In this document: in pieces, positions 28,806 to 37,240 of the stretch
Layout: every line of letters begins with the position of its first letter
How positions within the stretch are numbered: the stretch's first letter is position 1
NCBI GenBank assembly: GCA_041649255.1
Contig: JBAZNK010000004.1
Coordinates: forward strand, 28,647-92,646
Source of the DNA: a bacterium
GTDB taxonomy: Bacteria; Hydrothermota; UBA3073; JACQXS01; JAQTXJ01
Length of the DNA: 64,000 bases
Direction: 5' to 3'
Notes under the pieces: model-generated
The model's database searches: none
What the model saw: only the letters and a program-made list of their open reading frames with translations
What the model was told of the DNA's origin: nothing
Made by a program: the position numbers and the translations under genes

Positions 28806-31800
28806 TGCCCCTTCCTTTTAGAAATGCTTCTCCTATTTGTGGCATAATGGTGCATAAAAGCCAGCAATGGCATTTCCCGCTGTTCATAAAATCCCGAATC
28901 TTAGTTGCTTTGGACGATTCCCATAATTTATCAAAAGGAGTATCTTTAACATTCCCAACTAACATCTGTTTATTCATCGGACAGAAAAAAAGGTCTCCTT
29001 GAGGATTAAACATAGCAAAATGCACTCCTGCCATACACTTCTTAAAAACTCTGGTAGGATGTAATTGATATTCAACTAAATTCGACCAGAAATATAATTG
29101 CGCAAGTAACCCTATATCGCTTGTAATTGATGTCGTTCTTTTTGCATCAATCATTTTTTTAAGTATTATTTCGATAATGCCTTGAACTTCCAATAACTTT
29201 TCCTTGCTCCATTTCGGGTCCGGCGGTAATACAAATTGAGCCGAAAATATACAATTAAGCCTATTTACAAATTCATAAACAGGCAATAGTTCCGTATAAT
29301 TGTCAGGAGTAACTGTAAAATTAATATTGTAATGAATGTCTTCAAACTCTTTCTGCACTTGAGTTATTGTTCGGACTAAATTATTAAATGCATCCTTTCT
29401 GCCCCTGATTTCATTATGCTTTTCAAATAAGCCGTCAAGAGAAGACCCCAGCCAGATAGATTTTGGCTCATACTTCCTTTTTACCTCCATAAGTTTTTTT
29501 ATCGTTAAATTCGCATCCATACTATTTGTCAAAATTCCAATACTCGCTTCCGGCAACTGTTCTGTTAAGCAACCGCATATTTCTACAAAATCTTTTCTCA
29601 AAAAAGGTTCTCCACCGGAAAGGACTATAGATTTAACATTTTTAAGATATTTGGAATCTCCGATAAACTTCTGAATTTCTTCAAGTGTTAATTGTTTTTT
29701 CTCTAACTCCGGGAATTTGCTGTATTTATCCCACAAATCACAAAAAGTGCATTTACAATTACACCTGTAAGTTAATTCCATATGTAGTTCTTCAGGCCCC
29801 TTCCCTAAATTTATTGCATTATCTATTTTTGGAATTCCTTTTTGAATAGTGTGGTTAATGCTCTCTAAAAGATACTTAAATGGATATCCCTTAATATTAT
29901 GCTCTCTGTACAAGTCCTCTATTTCATAATACAGATTTATTAGAGAAGGGTCTATCTCTTGCGCTTTACGCAGATATGCAATTGCTTCATCTATCTTGCC
30001 TTGCATTTTGCATAAGTATCCCATATTAACGTATGCATCAATATAATCCGGTTTAATTGAAATGGATTTTTTGAAACAACTTTCCCCGTCCTGAAGCTTG
30101 CCAACAGAAACCATTGACACCCCTGTAATATCCCAGATTTCATAATCATCCGGCACGCAAGATAACAATTTTACAAATAGTAAACAGGCTTCTTGTAATT
30201 GTTGGTTAGAAGCCCATTTTTTCCCGAGTTCCAAAACCCATTTTTTTAAATCCGGGTCAATGCTTAATGCTTTTTGAAGCAACTCTTTAGGAAAATCTAA
30301 CTTCCCGGTATTAAAATATAATTTACATAGAATAGAATAAACTTTTGTTGACTCAGGATGCGCTGATAAAACACTTTCCAATTTTAAAATCGCATTCTTG
30401 TAATCTCCTGAATTTATAAAGTTTTCTGCTTCATTTATTTCTTTATCAACTCCCCTTACAGACGGAACTTTTTCGTTAGCTTTTGTATCTTTCCCCGTTC
30501 CCCATTCTTTAATTTCCTTTAAACATTCTTCGTATAAATCCTGTAATCCGATTTTTTGATAGCAGAACGCAAGGTTTTGAATAATAGAGATATTGCGGGA
30601 TTCTTTTTCTATGGAGTTAATAAAATATGGAATTGCTTTTTCAGGTTCTCCTGTATTAAAATAATAATTACCTATGAGATTATTTCTGTTCAGTAATCTT
30701 GGAGCAGGGTAAACACTTGGAACTTTCAAATCCCACGCAAGTTGGCAGAACTCTTCAAATCTTCTTAAACGCACTAAATAAGTATTAGAGCCATCTTTTG
30801 ATTCCCAATACTCTCCTCCTTTACTAAAATCAATGTCAAATTCTTCCTGATGGTCATAAGCATAAGTCCCGGGAGCAAAGCTGCAAAATGCAGGGCAGGG
30901 ATTGACAGTCCCAATATAATCTTTATTTCTTCTTAAAAACTTAAGCGTCTCTCTGAAATCTTCTTCTGTTTCCCCAGGCAAACCAAACATAAAATTAACG
31001 GCACAACTAAGGCCGGCTTTACAACCATCTCTTACTATTTTCTCAGGGTTAATATCTTTTGCCAACAATTTTCCTGCCTTTAACATTAAAGGAACTGAAG
31101 CAGTTTCCATTCCGTATCCTAATGCTACACACCCTGATTGTTTTAATTTAAGTAAAAGTTCATAAGTCATATCCTTTCTCATAATTGCCTGACCGCTCCA
31201 CTGGATTTTCAGCCCATCTTTTACTATGAAATCAGCAAGTTTTTCTAACTCCTTAACACTTCCATTGACCAAACTATCCTGAAAATCAAAGAAACTTCCT
31301 TTTGGATGTTTTTTCAATTGATACAACATTTCCTTATACATATTTTCTGCCGTTCTGAATCGAAATCTTTTCCAGAAAGGACGTTCATTGCAATACACAC
31401 ATTTATTACAGCATCCCCTGCTTGAGATAATTGGAATTTTAAATGGTTCTTTATAATCATTGAAATCGTAATCCGAAAAATCCGGCATTGGCAAAGAATT
31501 AACGTCTTTAATTAACTCTCTATCCCCGCAATCAACCACTTCGCCATTTTTACATATAAGCGTCCCTGCACAAAAATCTACTTTCGGATTTTTAACAATT
31601 TCTTCTAAAGTAACTTCTCCTTCCCCCTGGACAATAAAGTCTACGTTTTCATCTTTAATAATTGCTTTTCCTGCTAAGTCCCTGCTTACATGGGGACCAC
31701 CAAATACAATAATTATTTTGCTGTTTTTTTTCTTAATTTGTTTTGCCAGGTAAAGACTAATATATAAAGAAGAAAAATATATTGAAAATCCAACAACTTT

Positions 31801-33768
31801 TGCTCCACTGCCTAATATTATATCTACATAGTCATTTAAATAATTCTTATGATATTCTATAAACTCATCTACCACGGATGGATTATTCCAGAATGCAAGT
31901 GATTTTTCTAACTCCCAGACATCAGTGTATTTACCTCTTCTCAATTTATAGAGTTCTATATTCAAATCTAAGGAAAGAACTTCATACCCCTGATGTCTCA
32001 CATAAGCAGTCAAACTGGCTAATGCCAGAGGCGGAGTGCTTATTCCCCATGCCGGAGCTTGAACAAGCACAACATCTGCATTCGTAATTTTATTTTTAAT
32101 GTTTGCGTCCGATAAAGACGGAAAATGTTTTTTCATAATATTTTTTACCTCTATTTTCTGGTTATTATCTTTAATTTTACCGCTTTTTTCAAGTTTAAGG
32201 TATTTATCTATAATTTTATTTTTTTTGTTAAGTTCCGCATACAAGGCAGAAAGTTTATCAAATATTTCAGTATTAAACGTTTCTTTAACTAAAGACCTTT
32301 CATAATATTTAGTCGCTTCTTGATATTTCTTTTCATAAAGATAATAATCGCCTATGAGTTTATTCTCGTTAGGTAATTGTTTGAAACCCAATACTATACC
32401 TAATGACTCTAAATGATTAGTAAATTTTTGAAATCTATTTAAACGAATTACATAATTATTTTTTCCGTCTTTACTTTTCCAGTAAACAGCATTATCGTTT
32501 ACTTCTATATTAAATTCTTCCGGGTGAGAATATGCATAACAGCCGGTTGTAAACCCACAAAATCCGGCGCTTGGATTAACTGAGCAATGAGGTCGTAGAT
32601 AGTCAGCATTTCTTGTGAAGAAATCCAAATCGGCTTGAAAATCTTCTTCCGTATCTCCCGGGAAACCGAACATCCAATTCAATCCTATACCTAATTGCGC
32701 TTTATAGCAATCTTTGATAAACTTATCAAAATCGGCATTTTTACACAATAGTTTCCCCATTTTAAGTAATTGTCCTTTTGAAGAATGTTCCATTCCAAAA
32801 CAAAGATGAAAACAGCCAGAATTATGAATTTTCTGCAATAATTCAAATGTCATTTCCGGACGAACGGTCGCTTGCCCCATCCATTCAATACCAAGATTGC
32901 TTTCTATCGCAAGGTCACAAAATTTTTCAAGGGCTTTAACATTACCATTTACCAAAGAATCAGTAAATTCAATTTTTTTTATGTTATATTTAGAAACCTG
33001 GTATTTTACTTCTTCAAAAATTTTCTCCCCTGTTCTGCTTCTAAATTTATACCAAAACACTTTTTCATCGCAATAAATACAATTATTAGGACACCCTCTT
33101 GAAGTTGTAGCCGGTAACATTACAGGCTCTTTATATAATTCAAAAGGAAAATCAGAAAAATCGGCATAAGGCAAAGAATTAAGGTCTGCGATTAATGGTC
33201 TGTCTCCACCGTAATAAATTTTTCCATTTCTGGAAAATAACACGCCTTTTATTGGGTCAAATTCTTCTCCTTTTTCAATAGCTTTGACCAATTCATATAA
33301 AGTTTCTTCCCCTTCCCCGTGAACTACGAAATCTACTTCATTTCTTAAAACAAATTCTTCTCCTTTTATGCCTCTTGCCGCATGGGGACCACCAAAAACG
33401 ATAATCCTGCTCGGGTCTTTCTTTTTAATTTCGGACGCCAATACCAAACTCATTTGTTCCGTAGACCATAGTATTGTAAAACCGATTATTTTAGAGCCGG
33501 AATTTAAAATCTCATCTACGTATCTATCTATTAATTTCTTATGTGCCTTTACAAAATTGCTTACCGCTTGAATATCGCCCCAGAATCCTTCGTTTAATGT
33601 CCACGCATTTGCATATTTAGTATCCTTGAATTCATTATACAATTCAATATTAATGTCCCTCTTGTAAACTTCATAACCGTAAGATTTTAAATAAGCAGAT
33701 AAACAAGCTATAGCAAAAGGAGGGCTTTGTCTTCCCCATGCAGGTGTCTGGATTAATGCTATTTTCAT
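28795..33768 (-). CDS. Giant tri-radical-SAM protein: two tandem B12-binding (class B) radical-SAM domains, TPR linkers, and a C-terminal SPASM/twitch-type radical-SAM domain
   Basis: 1657 aa. Domain 1 (KIALIQTPAWG...TSRGCPNNCIYCDE: CxxxCxxC). Domain 2 (VVLVQAPAWGISTPP...SSRGCCNKCVYCNE). TPR region ~aa 1000-1290. Domain 3 (MELTYRCNCKCTFCD plus C-terminal Cys-rich CMAGVHFAMFNPQGDLFFCP...GKCHCWLLC). Confidence 0.8.
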   Translation of the reverse strand: MKIALIQTPAWGRQSPPFAIACLSAYLKSYGYEVYKRDINIELYNEFKDTKYANAWTLNEGFWGDIQAVSNFVKAHKKLIDRYVDEILNSGSKIIGFTILWSTEQMSLVLASEIKKKDPSRIIVFGGPHAARGIKGEEFVLRNEVDFVVHGEGEETLYELVKAIEKGEEFDPIKGVLFSRNGKIYYGGDRPLIADLNSLPYADFSDFPFELYKEPVMLPATTSRGCPNNCIYCDEKVFWYKFRSRTGEKIFEEVKYQVSKYNIKKIEFTDSLVNGNVKALEKFCDLAIESNLGIEWMGQATVRPEMTFELLQKIHNSGCFHLCFGMEHSSKGQLLKMGKLLCKNADFDKFIKDCYKAQLGIGLNWMFGFPGDTEEDFQADLDFFTRNADYLRPHCSVNPSAGFCGFTTGCYAYSHPEEFNIEVNDNAVYWKSKDGKNNYVIRLNRFQKFTNHLESLGIVLGFKQLPNENKLIGDYYLYEKKYQEATKYYERSLVKETFNTEIFDKLSALYAELNKKNKIIDKYLKLEKSGKIKDNNQKIEVKNIMKKHFPSLSDANIKNKITNADVVLVQAPAWGISTPPLALASLTAYVRHQGYEVLSLDLNIELYKLRRGKYTDVWELEKSLAFWNNPSVVDEFIEYHKNYLNDYVDIILGSGAKVVGFSIYFSSLYISLYLAKQIKKKNSKIIIVFGGPHVSRDLAGKAIIKDENVDFIVQGEGEVTLEEIVKNPKVDFCAGTLICKNGEVVDCGDRELIKDVNSLPMPDFSDYDFNDYKEPFKIPIISSRGCCNKCVYCNERPFWKRFRFRTAENMYKEMLYQLKKHPKGSFFDFQDSLVNGSVKELEKLADFIVKDGLKIQWSGQAIMRKDMTYELLLKLKQSGCVALGYGMETASVPLMLKAGKLLAKDINPEKIVRDGCKAGLSCAVNFMFGLPGETEEDFRETLKFLRRNKDYIGTVNPCPAFCSFAPGTYAYDHQEEFDIDFSKGGEYWESKDGSNTYLVRLRRFEEFCQLAWDLKVPSVYPAPRLLNRNNLIGNYYFNTGEPEKAIPYFINSIEKESRNISIIQNLAFCYQKIGLQDLYEECLKEIKEWGTGKDTKANEKVPSVRGVDKEINEAENFINSGDYKNAILKLESVLSAHPESTKVYSILCKLYFNTGKLDFPKELLQKALSIDPDLKKWVLELGKKWASNQQLQEACLLFVKLLSCVPDDYEIWDITGVSMVSVGKLQDGESCFKKSISIKPDYIDAYVNMGYLCKMQGKIDEAIAYLRKAQEIDPSLINLYYEIEDLYREHNIKGYPFKYLLESINHTIQKGIPKIDNAINLGKGPEELHMELTYRCNCKCTFCDLWDKYSKFPELEKKQLTLEEIQKFIGDSKYLKNVKSIVLSGGEPFLRKDFVEICGCLTEQLPEASIGILTNSMDANLTIKKLMEVKRKYEPKSIWLGSSLDGLFEKHNEIRGRKDAFNNLVRTITQVQKEFEDIHYNINFTVTPDNYTELLPVYEFVNRLNCIFSAQFVLPPDPKWSKEKLLEVQGIIEIILKKMIDAKRTTSITSDIGLLAQLYFWSNLVEYQLHPTRVFKKCMAGVHFAMFNPQGDLFFCPMNKQMLVGNVKDTPFDKLWESSKATKIRDFMNSGKCHCWLLCTIMPQIGEAFLKGRGNEN

Positions 33769-34916
33769 ATTTTTTTTGCAACAACAACCATTTCAGGTCC
33801 TATGTTAATGTCAAGGTTATCTAAATATTCTATAACTTGCAAAGCAATTTTTTTGTCCTCTAGGAATAATCGTTCTTGAATAAGATTAATACAAGTCTTA
33901 AGGGGACCTCCAGTGCTTCTGGTATACAATTTCAGGATTTCAAAACCTGCTTTCTCCAGATATTTACGCATAGTATCCGGAGTAAAGTAATATAAATGAT
34001 TAGGCCATGCCTTCCATTCCCATATTTTCCCCTGCGCCTTTGCCATAAAAGAATCAAAGTTAAGCGTGGTAAGCCACAACAGCCCATCGGATTTAATCGT
34101 TCTTTGCATTTCTTTTAATATCAATAATGGGTCTTTAAGATGTTCAATCACACATTGTATAGCAATTACGTCAAATTCATTAGCAGGAAACCTTGCGTCA
34201 ACAAAGTTATCTCCAATAGTTATATCTAATCCAAGTTTTTCAATGGCATAATTTGCAGTTTCAGGACAGGTTTCAAAACCTTTTACTTTCCAACCTTCTT
34301 CCTGGGCGGCTTTTAAAAACTCACCATTTGCACAACCTATATCTAAAATTTTTCCTTTATGAGTTATATATTTTTCAATTTCTCTTAATTCTCCCTTTCT
34401 GGCCAAAATTCTTGTTAAAATATTATTAGATATATTTTCCATAGTCTCATCATTGAAAACACTGTAATAGCTATTCAATTCATCGTCAGATGGTAGAGGG
34501 TTATAAGCCACAAGCCCGCAAGTTTTACATCTCACTAGATTAGAAGGATTTTCTTGATATACTATTTCATAATTATTTCCCCCACAAAGATTGCAATCAC
34601 TATATTCAATTTTTGCTAAATGAGACTCTTCCGTACACTCAATGTCCGGAGTTTGGCTCATTTTATTAAGCCAGTTTTCAAAATCTTTGTCAACTTTTGT
34701 TGCTCTCATTATCCATTCCGGTGGAACATCTGCCTTACCTACTTTAATACAAAGCTTACATAACATAGGGTACAACTCGTCCGTTTCAGGATATATTTCT
34801 ATTAAACTTTCTAATCTAAGTATCGCTTCTGTAGAGTTCCCATTTTTCTCTAATTGGCGGATATGGTCTATTTTATCAGAGAGTGCCATAGCAAGCCTCC
34901 TTATAGTTTGTAACAC
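33765..34916 (-). CDS. TPR-like N-terminal module + Cys4 zinc ribbon + class I SAM-dependent methyltransferase
   Basis: 383 aa; CNLCGG...CKTCG zinc ribbon; MTase motif I (ILDIGCANGEF); post-II/III motifs (VIAIQCVIEHLKDP...IKSDGLLWLTT). Confidence 0.7.
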   Translation of the reverse strand: MLQTIRRLAMALSDKIDHIRQLEKNGNSTEAILRLESLIEIYPETDELYPMLCKLCIKVGKADVPPEWIMRATKVDKDFENWLNKMSQTPDIECTEESHLAKIEYSDCNLCGGNNYEIVYQENPSNLVRCKTCGLVAYNPLPSDDELNSYYSVFNDETMENISNNILTRILARKGELREIEKYITHKGKILDIGCANGEFLKAAQEEGWKVKGFETCPETANYAIEKLGLDITIGDNFVDARFPANEFDVIAIQCVIEHLKDPLLILKEMQRTIKSDGLLWLTTLNFDSFMAKAQGKIWEWKAWPNHLYYFTPDTMRKYLEKAGFEILKLYTRSTGGPLKTCINLIQERLFLEDKKIALQVIEYLDNLDINIGPEMVVVAKKI

Positions 34917-34928
34917 ATTTCTTTTTCA

Positions 34929-35969
34929 TTATTTATTTCTAATTTCTTGCTCCAACAATGTTATTTGTTTTTCATATAATTCTTTTAATTTTTTGATATA
35001 TGTTTGAAATTTTGCCGAAGTATCCAACTCGTTCTGTATTATCTTTCTTCCGCTTTCTCGCCATTTTTCAATTTCGCAAGCAACTTCAGAATTTACAAGG
35101 ACTGGAGAACCATTAGCAATATGATTTCGCAACATTTTTACTTCATCAATTAAAAGTTGATTTAGGTCAAACGGGACTTTTTCTTTCTTATCCGCTTTTT
35201 CTTTCTTATCCGCTTTGACTTTATTTTCTACCTCAACTTGATTTTTATACAGAATCAAAATATATTTTTCTTCTTCCCTTGCAAACTTACACATAAACCC
35301 CAAAATTTCAGCCATTACATCAAAAGTCTTTTTTGAATAGAATGAAACATGTCCGGATTTTACCACAATATAATCCCAATCTTTGCCAACTTTTTTAAAA
35401 TCCCCATACTCTTGAGTTGCAGTATTTATTAAAAGTGTCCCCCGTGGTTTCACTATCCGTAATAATTCTCTAAATTCTTTCATAGGATTGGTCAAATGCT
35501 CAGCTACTTCAACACTCAATACCGCATCAAAATAATTATCAGGGAAATGCTTCTCTACCAAAGAACTCTTGAACAGGTAATTATTTTCTTGTAGACAGGA
35601 TGAGATATCAACCCCAACCATATCCAAACCGGCTTTTCTTCCAATTTTTACTGTCTCTCCTAATCCACATCCAAAATCTAAAACTTTGTGCACAGGAGCG
35701 ATAGATTCTAACAATAGGTCTTTCAATCTAAGAACACAGTCCCTCGTGGTTCTCTCAAACCACGGTTCCCCATTCCAATATGCCTGACTGTAGAACTTAC
35801 TTAAAGCTTCAACATCAAGATTATCTATGTAATCAGTAAACAGAAACTCACAATTTGGACACTGATAAAATCTTGCTCCTTCTTTCTCAAAGACAAAGGA
35901 TGCTGTTTTTTTGCATATTTTACAGGTTTTCTCCATAGATTCAGTTCTCTTTGACATAACTTTTTTCAA
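34929..35969 (-). CDS. Zinc-ribbon + class I SAM-dependent methyltransferase with C-terminal coiled-coil tail module
   Basis: 346 aa; CKICKK...CPNCEF; VLDFGCGLGE motif I; KADKKEKADKKEK repeat; last ~45 aa homologous to the tail of 37237..39333. Confidence 0.7.
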   Translation of the reverse strand: MKKVMSKRTESMEKTCKICKKTASFVFEKEGARFYQCPNCEFLFTDYIDNLDVEALSKFYSQAYWNGEPWFERTTRDCVLRLKDLLLESIAPVHKVLDFGCGLGETVKIGRKAGLDMVGVDISSCLQENNYLFKSSLVEKHFPDNYFDAVLSVEVAEHLTNPMKEFRELLRIVKPRGTLLINTATQEYGDFKKVGKDWDYIVVKSGHVSFYSKKTFDVMAEILGFMCKFAREEEKYILILYKNQVEVENKVKADKKEKADKKEKVPFDLNQLLIDEVKMLRNHIANGSPVLVNSEVACEIEKWRESGRKIIQNELDTSAKFQTYIKKLKELYEKQITLLEQEIRNK

Positions 35970-36013
35970 GCCAATAATTCTAGTAAAATTTTATCTATTG
36001 ATAATTATTACCA

Positions 36014-37240
36014 TTACTTACTGCATATAATAAAATGTTGTTTGGAAATCTTATGTTCTTTGATTTCGCTTTTTTTATAATCTACAGAAAAACCAAATTT
36101 TTTAAGTTTTTCCAATAAATCCATTCCATAATCTCTATAAACTAATGTGTGCCCGCCATGATATACAGGCGGTAAAAGATAAACGTCTTTTTCTCCTTCC
36201 GGTTTGACTCTTATAGTTGTGATTTTTGCGGGACTTTCTATCGGTATCGGTAGCGAAAGGAAAAATTTACCAGACCGTTTAAGCACTCTAAATATCTCTC
36301 TATATCCCTTATTGTCCAATCTAACATGTTCAAAAACATCTGCCGCGATAACAATATCAAAAGAATTTGAAGCAAACGGTAGATTCTGAACATTCACATA
36401 TTTACAGGAATCTATATTCTCATCAACTTTTTCAGGTATATACTCCGTATCTAAATAATCAAACTTTTGCTCTAAAATTTTACAACGGGGTCTTCCACCG
36501 CTTATTTCAAGGATTTTAAGTTTTTTATTTGACTCCCAGAATATCATCGGTTTATTTCCTTTGTCCAAACATTGAGCAAGTTGATATACAAGCATCCTAT
36601 CCCTACTATGAGAACTACAATTTAAACAATTTAATCCCTGTCGCCGATATTCCAGCAGCTTAGCTTTATTGTTATACTCACAACATACAGTATTGATAAG
36701 CTCTTTTAGTACAAGGTCAGAATCTAAGAACCCTTTTGGACTACCGCAAACATTACAATAAGGCGTTTTATTCGTTTTATAATTTGTTTTAAGACAATCT
36801 ATGGCTTTTTCTATCTTATTGGTATGAACATAAAGTCCGTATAAAATAATATACAATTCTTTTTGTTCAGGATAGTTAACGCAAAGGGATTTTAATCTTG
36901 TTATAGCTTCTTCTATATTGTTTTTTTCTATCAGTTGTTGAACTATAATTATTCTTTTTGAAAGTCCCATATTTCCACATTCATTATAGCCAAAATTTTT
37001 CAATACATCTTCTAATCCCGTCTCGACTTCAATCGCTTTTTTTACCCATTCTGTTGGAATATCAAACTTTTTAACGTTAATGTAAAGTTTACATATCATT
37101 GGATAGAGTTCTTTAATATCCGGGTACAATTTTAGAAGGGTTTCTAAGTTAAATACTGCCTCTTCTGATTTTCCGGTTGTAATTAATTGACGGATTTTAG
37201 TTATTTCCTCAGAAAATGTCATTGAAATATTCCTTTTCAT
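36014..37240 (-). CDS. TPR-like N-terminal module + zinc ribbon + class I SAM-dependent methyltransferase
   Basis: 408 aa; N-terminal module homologous to those of 33765..34916 and 18485..20368; MTase motifs (IVIAADVFEHV...LKRSGKFFLSLP). Confidence 0.7.
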   Translation of the reverse strand: MKRNISMTFSEEITKIRQLITTGKSEEAVFNLETLLKLYPDIKELYPMICKLYINVKKFDIPTEWVKKAIEVETGLEDVLKNFGYNECGNMGLSKRIIIVQQLIEKNNIEEAITRLKSLCVNYPEQKELYIILYGLYVHTNKIEKAIDCLKTNYKTNKTPYCNVCGSPKGFLDSDLVLKELINTVCCEYNNKAKLLEYRRQGLNCLNCSSHSRDRMLVYQLAQCLDKGNKPMIFWESNKKLKILEISGGRPRCKILEQKFDYLDTEYIPEKVDENIDSCKYVNVQNLPFASNSFDIVIAADVFEHVRLDNKGYREIFRVLKRSGKFFLSLPIPIESPAKITTIRVKPEGEKDVYLLPPVYHGGHTLVYRDYGMDLLEKLKKFGFSVDYKKSEIKEHKISKQHFIICSK

